NCBI GenBank assembly: GCA_964057225.1
Contig: OZ059895.1
Span: 21,638,001 to 21,702,000, forward strand
Reading direction: 5' to 3'
DNA from: Auanema rhodensis
Taxonomy: Eukaryota; Animalia; Nematoda
Length of the DNA stretch: 64,000 bases
A program made the translations under genes and the position numbers. Of the stretch, positions 51,301 through 64,000 are shown piece after piece (position 1 is the first letter of the stretch; the number at the start of each line of letters is the position of its first letter). The notes under the pieces were generated by a model that saw nothing but the letters and a program-made list of their open reading frames with translations, did not search any database and was not told where the DNA came from.

Positions 51301-54300
51301 GATATATGTTCACACTTATATCCTCGATTTTCACCCTGAAGAAAATATTTTTTCGTTGAATAACATTGTCCATCGTCTTTGCCTTGAAAAAAGGAATCTA
51401 AAAACATCTACTTCTTGCTAAATTATTTTGAAATTTTTCGAAAAAATTTTTGTCAAAATGTTTTTGGAAGCAATGTTGAGTGTACATGGAAACTCAACAT
51501 ACACTAATGCATCATTTTTCAAACGATCATAACTAATTTTTGTATTAAGCGTTTCTCAATGTAGTATAGTGCATTCGATGCGGATTTTTAAGCTGCGTCG
51601 ATCTGTGTTATCAGATTTGCTCTAGCTTAAAAATGCACCGAGATATCAACTGATATATGTTCACACTTATATCCTCGATTTTCACCCTGAAGAAATTATT
51701 TTTTCGTTGAATAACATTGTCCATCGTCTTTGCCTTGAAAAAAGGAATCTAAAAACATCTACTTCTTGCTAAATTATTTTGAAATTTTTCGAAAAAATTT
51801 TTGTCAAAATGTTTTTGGAAGCAATGTTGAGTGTACATGGAAACTCAACATACACTAATGCATCATTTTTCAAACGATCATAACTAATTTTTGTATTGAG
51901 CGTTTCTCAATGTAGTATAGTGCATTCGATGCGGATTTTTAAGCTGCGTCGATCTGTGTTATCAGATTTGCGCTAGCTTAAAAATGCACCGAGATATCAA
52001 CTGATATATGTTCACACTTATATCCTCGATTTTCACCCTGAAGAAATTATTTTTTCGTTGAATAACATTGTCCATCGTCTTTGCCTTGAAAAAAGGAATC
52101 TAAAAACATCTACTTCTTGCTAAATTATTTTGAAATTTTTCGAAAAAATTTTTGTCAAAATGTTTTTGGAAGCAATGTTGAGTGTACATGGAAACTCAAC
52201 ATACACTAATGCATCATTTTTCAAACGATCATAACTAATTTTTGTATTGAGCGTTTCTCAATGTAGTATAGTGCATTCGATGCGGATTTTTAAGCTGCGT
52301 CGATCTGTGTTATCAGATTTGCGCTAGCTTAAAAATGCACCGAGATATCAACTGATATATGTTCACACTTATATCCTCGATTTTCACCCTGAAGAAATTA
52401 TTTTTTCGTTGAATAACATTGTCCATCGTCTTTGCCTTGAAAAAAGGAATCTAAAAACATCTACTTCTTGCTAAATTATTTTGAAATTTTTCGAAAAAAT
52501 TTTTGTCAAAATGTTTTTGGAAGCAATGTTGAGTGTACATGGAAACTCAACATACACTAATGCATCATTTTTCAAACGATCATAACTAATTTTTGTATTG
52601 AGCGTTTCTCAATGTAGTATAGTGCATTCGATGCGGATTTTTAAGCTGCGTCGATCTGTGTTATCAGATTTGCGCTAGCTTAAAAATGCACCGAGATATC
52701 AACTGATATATGTTCACACTTATATCCTCGATTTTCACCCTGAAGAAATTATTTTTTCGTTGAATAACATTGTCCATCGTCTTTGCCTTGAAAAAAGGAA
52801 TCTAAAAACATCTACTTCTTGCTAAATTATTCTGAAATTTTTCGAAAAAATTTTTGTCAAAATGTTTTTGGAAGCAATGTTGAGTGTACATGGAAACTCA
52901 ACATACACTAATGCATCATTTTTCAAACGATCATAACTAATTTTTGTATTGAGCGTTTCTCAATGTAGTATAGTGCATTCGATGCGGATTTTTAAGCTGC
53001 GTCGATCTGTGTTATCAGATTTGCTCTAGCTTAAAAATGCACCGAGATATCAACTGATATATGTTCACACTTATATCCTCGATTTTCACCCTGAAGAAAT
53101 TATTTTTTCGTTGAATAACATTGTCCATCGTCTTTGCCTTGAAAAAAGGAATCTAAAAACATCTACTTCTTGCTAAATTATTTTGAAATTTTTCGAAAAA
53201 ATTTTTGTCAAAATGTTTTTGGAAGCAATGTTGAGTGTACATGGAAACTCAACATACACTAATGCATCATTTTTCAAACGATCATAACTAATTTTTGTAT
53301 TGAGCGTTTCTCAATGTAGTATAGTGCATTCGATGCGGATTTTTAAGCTGCGTCGATCTGTGTTATCAGATTTGCTCTAGCTTAAAAATGCACCGAGATA
53401 TCAACTGATATATGTTCACACTTATATCCTCGATTTTCACCCTGAAGAAATTATTTTTTCGTTGAATAACATTGTCCATCGTCTTTGCCTTGAAAAAAGG
53501 AATCTAAAAACATCTACTTCTTGCTAAATTATTTTGAAATTTTTCGAAAAAATTTTTGTCAAAATGTTTTTGGAAGCAATGTTGAGTGTACATGGAAACT
53601 CAACATACACTAATGCATCATTTTTCAAACGATCATAACTAATTTTTGTATTAAGCGTTTCTCAATGTAGTATAGTGCATTCGATGCGGATTTTTAAGCT
53701 GCGTCGATCTGTGTTATCAGATTTGCTCTAGCTTAAAAATGCACCGAGATATCAACTGATATATGTTCACACTTATATCCTCGATTTTCACCCTGAAGAA
53801 ATTATTTTTTCGTTGAATAACATTGTCCATCGTCTTTGCCTTGAAAAAAGGAATCTAAAAACATCTACTTCTTGCTAAATTATTTTGAAATTTTTCGAAA
53901 AAATTTTTGTCAAAATGTTTTTGGAAGCAATGTTGAGTGTACATGGAAACTCAACATACACTAATGCATCATTTTTCAAACGATCATAACTAATTTTTGT
54001 ATTGAGCGTTTCTCAATGTAGTATAGTGCATTCGATGCGGATTTTTAAGCTGCGTCGATCTGTGTTATCAGATTTGCGCTAGCTTAAAAATGCACCGAGA
54101 TATCAACTGATATATGTTCACACTTATATCCTCGATTTTCACCCTGAAGAAATTATTTTTTCGTTGAATAACATTGTCCATCGTCTTTGCCTTGAAAAAA
54201 GGAATCTAAAAACATCTACTTCTTGCTAAATTATTCTGAAATTTTTCGAAAAAATTTTTGTCAAAATGTTTTTGGAAGCAATGTTGAGTGTACATGGAAA

Positions 54301-57300
54301 CTCAACATACACTAATGCATCATTTTTCAAACGATCATAACTAATTTTTGTATTGAGCGTTTCTCAATGTAGTATAGTGCATTCGATGCGGATTTTTAAG
54401 CTGCGTCGATCTGTGTTATCAGATTTGCTCTAGCTTAAAAATGCACCGAGATATCAACTGATATATGTTCACACTTATATCCTCGATTTTCACCCTGAAG
54501 AAATTATTTTTTCGTTGAATAACATTGTCCATCGTCTTTGCCTTGAAAAAAGGAATCTAAAAACATCTACTTCTTGCTAAATTATTTTGAAATTTTTCGA
54601 AAAAATTTTTGTCAAAATGTTTTTGGAAGCAATGTTGAGTGTACATGGAAACTCAACATACACTAATGCATCATTTTTCAAACGATCATAACTAATTTTT
54701 GTATTGAGCGTTTCTCAATGTAGTATAGTGCATTCGATGCGGATTTTTAAGCTGCGTCGATCTGTGTTATCAGATTTGCTCTAGCTTAAAAATGCACCGA
54801 GATATCAACTGATATATGTTCACACTTATATCCTCGATTTTCACCCTGAAGAAATTATTTTTTCGTTGAATAACATTGTCCATCGTCTTTGCCTTGAAAA
54901 AAGGAATCTAAAAACATCTACTTCTTGCTAAATTATTTTGAAATTTTTCGAAAAAATTTTTGTCAAAATGTTTTTGGAAGCAATGTTGAGTGTACATGGA
55001 AACTCAACATACACTAATGCATCATTTTTCAAACGATCATAACTAATTTTTGTATTAAGCGTTTCTCAATGTAGTATAGTGCATTCGATGCGGATTTTTA
55101 AGCTGCGTCGATCTGTGTTATCAGATTTGCTCTAGCTTAAAAATGCACCGAGATATCAACTGATATATGTTCACACTTATATCCTCGATTTTCACCCTGA
55201 AGAAATTATTTTTTCGTTGAATAACATTGTCCATCGTCTTTGCCTTGAAAAAAGGAATCTAAAAACATCTACTTCTTGCTAAATTATTTTGAAATTTTTC
55301 GAAAAAATTTTTGTCAAAATGTTTTTGGAAGCAATGTTGAGTGTACATGGAAACTCAACATACACTAATGCATCATTTTTCAAACGATCATAACTAATTT
55401 TTGTATTGAGCGTTTCTCAATGTAGTATAGTGCATTCGATGCGGATTTTTAAGCTGCGTCGATCTGTGTTATCAGATTTGCGCTAGCTTAAAAATGCACC
55501 GAGATATCAACTGATATATGTTCACACTTATATCCTCGATTTTCACCCTGAAGAAAATATTTTTTCGTTGAATAACATTGTCCATCGTCTTTGCCTTGAA
55601 AAAAGGAATCTAAAAACATCTACTTCTTGCTAAATTATTTTGAAATTTTTCGAAAAAATTTTTGTCAAAATGTTTTTGGAAGCAATGTTGAGTGTACATG
55701 GAAACTCAACATACACTAATGCATCATTTTTCAAACGATCATAACTAATTTTTGTATTAAGCGTTTCTCAATGTAGTATAGTGCATTCGATGCGGATTTT
55801 TAAGCTGCGTCGATCTGTGTTATCAGATTTGCTCTAGCTTAAAAATGCACCGAGATATCAACTGATATATGTTCACACTTATATCCTCGATTTTCACCCT
55901 GAAGAAATTATTTTTTCGTTGAATAACATTGTCCATCGTCTTTGCCTTGAAAAAAGGAATCTAAAAACATCTACTTCTTGCTAAATTATTTTGAAATTTT
56001 TCGAAAAAATTTTTGTCAAAATGTTTTTGGAAGCAATGTTGAGTGTACATGGAAACTCAACATACACTAATGCATCATTTTTCAAACGATCATAACTAAT
56101 TTTTGTATTGAGCGTTTCTCGATGTAGTATAGTGCATTCGATGCGGATTTTTAAGCTGCGTCGATCTGTGTTATCAGATTTGCGCTAGCTTAAAAATGCA
56201 CCGAGATATCAACTGATATAAGTTCACACTTAGATCCTCGATTTTCACCCTGAAGAATTAATTTTTTCGTTGAATAACAATGTCCATCGTCTTTGCCTTG
56301 AAAAAAGGAATCTAAAAACATCTACTTCTTGCTAAATTATTTTGAAATTTTTCGAAAAAATTTTTGTCAAAATGTTTTTGGAAGCAATGTTGAGTGTACA
56401 TGGAAACTCAACATACACTAATGCATCATTTTTCAAACGATCATAACTAATTTTTGTATTGAGCGTTTCTCAATGTAGTATAGTGCATTCGATGCGGATT
56501 TTTAAGCTGCGTCGATCTGTGTTATCAGATTTGCGCTAGCTTAAAAATGCACCGAGATATCAACTGATATATGTTCACACTTATATCCTCGATTTTCACC
56601 CTGAAGAAATTATTTTTTCGTTGAATAACATTGTCCATCGTCTTTGCCTTGAAAAAAGGAATCTAAAAACATCTACTTCTTGCTAAATTATTTTGAAATT
56701 TTTCGAAAAAATTTTTGTCAAAATGTTTTTGGAAGCAATGTTGAGTGTACATGGAAACTCAACATACACTAATGCATCATTTTTCAAACGATCATAACTA
56801 ATTTTTGTATTGAGCGTTTCTCAATGTAGTATAGTGCATTCGATGCGGATTTTTAAGCTGCGTCGATCTGTGTTATCAGATTTGCTCTAGCTTAAAAATG
56901 CACCGAGATATCAACTGATATATGTTCACACTTATATCCTCGATTTTCACCCTGAAGAAATTATTTTTTCGTTGAATAACATTGTCCATCGTCTTTGCCT
57001 TGAAAAAAGGAATCTAAAAACATCTACTTCTTGCTAAATTATTTTGAAATTTTTCGAAAAAATTTTTGTCAAAATGTTTTTGGAAGCAATGTTGAGTGTA
57101 CATGGAAACTCAACATACACTAATGCATCATTTTTCAAACGATCATAACTAATTTTTGTATTGAGCGTTTCTCAATGTAGTATAGTGCATTCGATGCGGA
57201 TTTTTAAGCTGCGTCGATCTGTGTTATCAGATTTGCTCTAGCTTAAAAATGCACCGAGATATCAACTGATATATGTTCACACTTATATCCTCGATTTTCA

Positions 57301-60300
57301 CCCTGAAGAAATTATTTTTTCGTTGAATAACATTGTCCATCGTCTTTGCCTTGAAAAAAGGAATCTAAAAACATCTACTTCTTGCTAAATTATTTTGAAA
57401 TTTTTCGAAAAAATTTTTGTCAAAATGTTTTTGGAAGCAATGTTGAGTGTACATGGAAACTCAACATACACTAATGCATCATTTTTCAAACGATCATAAC
57501 TAATTTTTGTATTGAGCGTTTCTCGATGTAGTATAGTGCATTCGATGCGGATTTTTAAGCTGCGTCGATCTGTGTTATCAGATTTGCGCTAGCTTAAAAA
57601 TGCACCGAGATATCAACTGATATAAGTTCACACTTAGATCCTCGATTTTCACCCTGAAGAATTAATTTTTTCGTTGAATAACAATGTCCATCGTCTTTGC
57701 CTTGAAAAAAGAAATCTAAAAACATCTACTTCTTGCTAAATTATTTTGAAATTTTTCGAAAAAATTTTTGTCAAAATGTTTTTGGAAGCAATGTTGAGTG
57801 TACATGGAAACTCAACATACACTAATGCATCATTTTTCAAACGATCATAACTAATTTTTGTATTGAGCGTTTCTCAATGTAGTATAGTGCATTCGATGCG
57901 GATTTTTAAGCTGCGTCGATCTGTGTTATCAGATTTGCGCTAGCTTAAAAATGCACCGAGATATCAACTGATATATGTTCACACTTATATCCTCGATTTT
58001 CACCCTGAAGAAATTATTTTTTCGTTGAATAACATTGTCCATCGTCTTTGCCTTGAAAAAAGGAATCTAAAAACATCTACTTCTTGCTAAATTATTTTGA
58101 AATTTTTCGAAAAAATTTTTGTCAAAATGTTTTTGGAAGCAATGTTGAGTGTACATGGAAACTCAACATACACTAATGCATCATTTTTCAAACGATCATA
58201 ACTAATTTTTGTATTGAGCGTTTCTCAATGTAGTATAGTGCATTCGATGCGGATTTTTAAGCTGCGTCGATCTGTGTTATCAGATTTGCTCTAGCTTAAA
58301 AATGCACCGAGATATCAACTGATATATGTTCACACTTATATCCTCGATTTTCACCCTGAAGAAATTATTTTTTCGTTGAATAACATTGTCCATCGTCTTT
58401 GCCTTGAAAAAAGGAATCTAAAAACATCTACTTCTTGCTAAATTATTTTGAAATTTTTCGAAAAAATTTTTGTCAAAATGTTTTTGGAAGCAATGTTGAG
58501 TGTACATGGAAACTCAACATACACTAATGCATCATTTTTCAAACGATCATAACTAATTTTTGTATTGAGCGTTTCTCAATGTAGTATAGTGCATTCGATG
58601 CGGATTTTTAAGCTGCGTCGATCTGTGTTATCAGATTTGCTCTAGCTTAAAAATGCACCGAGATATCAACTGATATATGTTCACACTTATATCCTCGATT
58701 TTCACCCTGAAGAAATTATTTTTTCGTTGAATAACATTGTCCATCGTCTTTGCCTTGAAAAAAGGAATCTAAAAACATCTACTTCTTGCTAAATTATTTT
58801 GAAATTTTTCGAAAAAATTTTTGTCAAAATGTTTTTGGAAGCAATGTTGAGTGTACATGGAAACTCAACATACACTAATGCATCATTTTTCAAACGATCA
58901 TAACTAATTTTTGTATTGAGCGTTTCTCAATGTAGTATAGTGCATTCGATGCGGATTTTTAAGCTGCGTCGATCTGTGTTATCAGATTTGCTCTAGCTTA
59001 AAAATGCACCGAGATATCAACTGATATATGTTCACACTTATATCCTCGATTTTCACCCTGAAGAAATTATTTTTTCGTTGAATAACATTGTCCATCGTCT
59101 TTGCCTTGAAAAAAGGAATCTAAAAACATCTACTTCTTGCTAAATTATTTTGAAATTTTTCGAAAAAATTTTTGTCAAAATGTTTTTGGAAGCAATGTTG
59201 AGTGTACATGGAAACTCAACATACACTAATGCATCATTTTTCAAACGATCATAACTAATTTTTGTATTGAGCGTTTCTCAATGTAGTATAGTGCATTCGA
59301 TGCGGATTTTTAAGCTGCGTCGATCTGTGTTATCAGATTTGCGCTAGCTTAAAAATGCACCGAGATATCAACTGATATATGTTCACACTTATATCCTCGA
59401 TTTTCACCCTGAAGAAATTATTTTTTCGTTGAATTACATTGTCCATCGTCTTTGCCTTGAAAAAAGGAATCTAAAAACATCTACTTCTTGCTAAATTATT
59501 TTGAAATTTTTCGAAAAAATTTTTGTCAAAATGTTTTTGGAAGCAATGTTGAGTGTACATGGAAACTCAACATACACTAATGCATCATTTTTCAAACGAT
59601 CATAACTAATTTTTGTATTGAGCGTTTCTCAATGTAGTATAGTGCATTCGATGCGGATTTTTAAGCTGCGTCGATCTGTGTTATCAGATTTGCGCTAGCT
59701 TAAAAATGCACCGAGATATCAACTGATATATGTTCACACTTATATCCTCGATTTTCACCCTGAAGAAATTATTTTTTCGTTGAATTACATTGTCCATCGT
59801 CTTTGCCTTGAAAAAAGGAATCTAAAAACATCTACTTCTTGCTAAATTATTTTGAAATTTTTCGAAAAAATTTTTGTCAAAATGTTTTTGGAAGCAATGT
59901 TGAGTGTACATGGAAACTCAACATACACTAATGCATCATTTTTCAAACGATCATAACTAATTTTTGTATTAAGCGTTTCTCAATGTAGTATAGTGCATTC
60001 GATGCGGATTTTTAAGCTGCGTCGATCTGTGTTATCAGATTTGCTCTAGCTTAAAAATGCACCGAGATATCAACTGATATATGTTCACACTTATATCCTC
60101 GATTTTCACCCTGAAGAAATTATTTTTTCGTTGAATAACATTGTCCATCGTCTTTGCCTTGAAAAAAGGAATCTAAAAACATCTACTTCTTGCTAAATTA
60201 TTTTGAAATTTTTCGAAAAAATTTTTGTCAAAATGTTTTTGGAAGCAATGTTGAGTGTACATGGAAACTCAACATACACTAATGCATCATTTTTCAAACG

Positions 60301-63300
60301 ATCATAACTAATTTTTGTATTGAGCGTTTCTCGATGTAGTATAGTGCATTCGATGCGGATTTTTAAGCTGCGTCGATCTGTGTTATCAGATTTGCGCTAG
60401 CTTAAAAATGCACCGAGATATCAACTGATATAAGTTCACACTTAGATCCTCGATTTTCACCCTGAAGAATTAATTTTTTCGTTGAATAACAATGTCCATC
60501 GTCTTTGCCTTGAAAAAAGGAATCTAAAAACATCTACTTCTTGCTAAATTATTTTGAAATTTTTCGAAAAAATTTTTGTCAAAATGTTTTTGGAAGCAAT
60601 GTTGAGTGTACATGGAAACTCAACATACACTAATGCATCATTTTTCAAACGATCATAACTAATTTTTGTATTGAGCGTTTCTCAATGTAGTATAGTGCAT
60701 TCGATGCGGATTTTTAAGCTGCGTCGATCTGTGTTATCAGATTTGCGCTAGCTTAAAAATGCACCGAGATATCAACTGATATATGTTCACACTTATATCC
60801 TCGATTTTCACCCTGAAGAAATTATTTTTTCGTTGAATAACATTGTCCATCGTCTTTGCCTTGAAAAAAGGAATCTAAAAACATCTACTTCTTGCTAAAT
60901 TATTTTGAAATTTTTCGAAAAAATTTTTGTCAAAATGTTTTTGGAAGCAATGTTGAGTGTACATGGAAACTCAACATACACTAATGCATCATTTTTCAAA
61001 CGATCATAACTAATTTTTGTATTGAGCGTTTCTCAATGTAGTATAGTGCATTCGATGCGGATTTTTAAGCTGCGTCGATCTGTGTTATCAGATTTGCTCT
61101 AGCTTAAAAATGCACCGAGATATCAACTGATATATGTTCACACTTATATCCTCGATTTTCACCCTGAAGAAATTATTTTTTCGTTGAATAACATTGTCCA
61201 TCGTCTTTGCCTTGAAAAAAGGAATCTAAAAACATCTACTTCTTGCTAAATTATTTTGAAATTTTTCGAAAAAATTTTTGTCAAAATGTTTTTGGAAGCA
61301 ATGTTGAGTGTACATGGAAACTCAACATACACTAATGCATCATTTTTCAAACGATCATAACTAATTTTTGTATTGAGCGTTTCTCAATGTAGTATAGTGC
61401 ATTCGATGCGGATTTTTAAGCTGCGTCGATCTGTGTTATCAGATTTGCTCTAGCTTAAAAATGCACCGAGATATCAACTGATATATGTTCACACTTATAT
61501 CCTCGATTTTCACCCTGAAGAAATTATTTTTTCGTTGAATAACATTGTCCATCGTCTTTGCCTTGAAAAAAGGAATCTAAAAACATCTACTTCTTGCTAA
61601 ATTATTTTGAAATTTTTCGAAAAAATTTTTGTCAAAATGTTTTTGGAAGCAATGTTGAGTGTACATGGAAACTCAACATACACTAATGCATCATTTTTCA
61701 AACGATCATAACTAATTTTTGTATTGAGCGTTTCTCAATGTAGTATAGTGCATTCGATGCGGATTTTTAAGCTGCGTCGATCTGTGTTATCAGATTTGCG
61801 CTAGCTTAAAAATGCACCGAGATATCAACTGATATATGTTCACACTTATATCCTCGATTTTCACCCTGAAGAAATTATTTTTTCGTTGAATTACATTGTC
61901 CATCGTCTTTGCCTTGAAAAAAGGAATCTAAAAACATCTACTTCTTGCTAAATTATTTTGAAATTTTTCGAAAAAATTTTTGTCAAAATGTTTTTGGAAG
62001 CAATGTTGAGTGTACATGGAAACTCAACATACACTAATGCATCATTTTTCAAACGATCATAACTAATTTTTGTATTAAGCGTTTCTCAATGTAGTATAGT
62101 GCATTCGATGCGGATTTTTAAGCTGCGTCGATCTGTGTTATCAGATTTGCTCTAGCTTAAAAATGCACCGAGATATCAACTGATATATGTTCACACTTAT
62201 ATCCTCGATTTTCACCCTGAAGAAATTATTTTTTCGTTGAATAACATTGTCCATCGTCTTTGCCTTGAAAAAAGGAATCTAAAAACATCTACTTCTTGCT
62301 AAATTATTTTGAAATTTTTCGAAAAAATTTTTGTCAAAATGTTTTTGGAAGCAATGTTGAGTGTACATGGAAACTCAACATACACTAATGCATCATTTTT
62401 CAAACGATCATAACTAATTTTTGTATTGAGCGTTTCTCGATGTAGTATAGTGCATTCGATGCGGATTTTTAAGCTGCGTCGATCTGTGTTATCAGATTTG
62501 CGCTAGCTTAAAAATGCACCGAGATATCAACTGATATAAGTTCACACTTAGATCCTCGATTTTCACCCTGAAGAATTAATTTTTTCGTTGAATAACAATG
62601 TCCATCGTCTTTGCCTTGAAAAAAGGAATCTAAAAACATCTACTTCTTGCTAAATTATTTTGAAATTTTTCGAAAAAATTTTTGTCAAAATGTTTTTGGA
62701 AGCAATGTTGAGTGTACATGGAAACTCAACATACACTAATGCATCATTTTTCAAACGATCATAACTAATTTTTGTATTGAGCGTTTCTCAATGTAGTATA
62801 GTGCATTCGATGCGGATTTTTAAGCTGCGTCGATCTGTGTTATCAGATTTGCGCTAGCTTAAAAATGCACCGAGATATCAACTGATATATGTTCACACTT
62901 ATATCCTCGATTTTCACCCTGAAGAAATTATTTTTTCGTTGAATAACATTGTCCATCGTCTTTGCCTTGAAAAAAGGAATCTAAAAACATCTACTTCTTG
63001 CTAAATTATTTTGAAATTTTTCGAAAAAATTTTTGTCAAAATGTTTTTGGAAGCAATGTTGAGTGTACATGGAAACTCAACATACACTAATGCATCATTT
63101 TTCAAACGATCATAACTAATTTTTGTATTGAGCGTTTCTCAATGTAGTATAGTGCATTCGATGCGGATTTTTAAGCTGCGTCGATCTGTGTTATCAGATT
63201 TGCTCTAGCTTAAAAATGCACCGAGATATCAACTGATATATGTTCACACTTATATCCTCGATTTTCACCCTGAAGAAATTATTTTTTCGTTGAATAACAT

Positions 63301-64000
63301 TGTCCATCGTCTTTGCCTTGAAAAAAGGAATCTAAAAACATCTACTTCTTGCTAAATTATTTTGAAATTTTTCGAAAAAATTTTTGTCAAAATGTTTTTG
63401 GAAGCAATGTTGAGTGTACATGGAAACTCAACATACACTAATGCATCATTTTTCAAACGATCATAACTAATTTTTGTATTGAGCGTTTCTCAATGTAGTA
63501 TAGTGCATTCGATGCGGATTTTTAAGCTGCGTCGATCTGTGTTATCAGATTTGCTCTAGCTTAAAAATGCACCGAGATATCAACTGATATATGTTCACAC
63601 TTATATCCTCGATTTTCACCCTGAAGAAATTATTTTTTCGTTGAATAACATTGTCCATCGTCTTTGCCTTGAAAAAAGGAATCTAAAAACATCTACTTCT
63701 TGCTAAATTATTTTGAAATTTTTCGAAAAAATTTTTGTCAAAATGTTTTTGGAAGCAATGTTGAGTGTACATGGAAACTCAACATACACTAATGCATCAT
63801 TTTTCAAACGATCATAACTAATTTTTGTATTGAGCGTTTCTCAATGTAGTATAGTGCATTCGATGCGGATTTTTAAGCTGCGTCGATCTGTGTTATCAGA
63901 TTTGCTCTAGCTTAAAAATGCACCGAGATATCAACTGATATATGTTCACACTTATATCCTCGATTTTCACCCTGAAGAAATTATTTTTTCGTTGAATAAC
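24383..64000. repeat. Tandem satellite array, same 351-bp monomer and orientation, right arm (rest of monomer 48 plus ~112.5 monomers); runs off the window end
   Basis: The array resumes at monomer position 217 (ACTTCTTGCTAAA). Monomer starts fall at 24518+351n, and 63830 = 24518+112x351 is still in register. Confidence 0.99.

Noticed and set aside
1-64000. CRISPR array or 5S/SL1/tRNA gene array interpretation
   Set aside because: There are no unique spacers or cas genes, no SL1 leader (GGTTTAATTACCCAAGTTTGAG), no 5S sequence and no tRNA cloverleaf in the monomer.

Overview
This is eukaryotic heterochromatin-type DNA, probably from a nematode. That host call is inferred from a tRNA-Pro primer binding site that matches the nematode tRNA-Pro 3' end as I recall it. 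About 56 kb is a head-to-tail array of an AT-rich 351-bp satellite (about 160 monomers). The array has substitutions only, no net indel, two monomer haplotypes, local higher-order duplications and many internal dyad symmetries. One monomer (no. 48, after position 220) is cleanly interrupted by an intact 7.67-kb Ty3/gypsy LTR retrotransposon at 16718-24382, resembling Cer1. It has apparently identical 350-bp LTRs, a target-site duplication, PBS, PPT and one 2109-aa Gag-PR-RT-RH-IN ORF. The most notable points are an unexplained ~380-aa non-Env extension after the integrase (partly SGNH-fold-like), a dUTPase-fold-like spacer between PR and RT, a non-canonical TG...CT LTR terminus, and the possibility that this family targets the satellite. 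No host genes, RNA genes or CRISPR arrays are supported.
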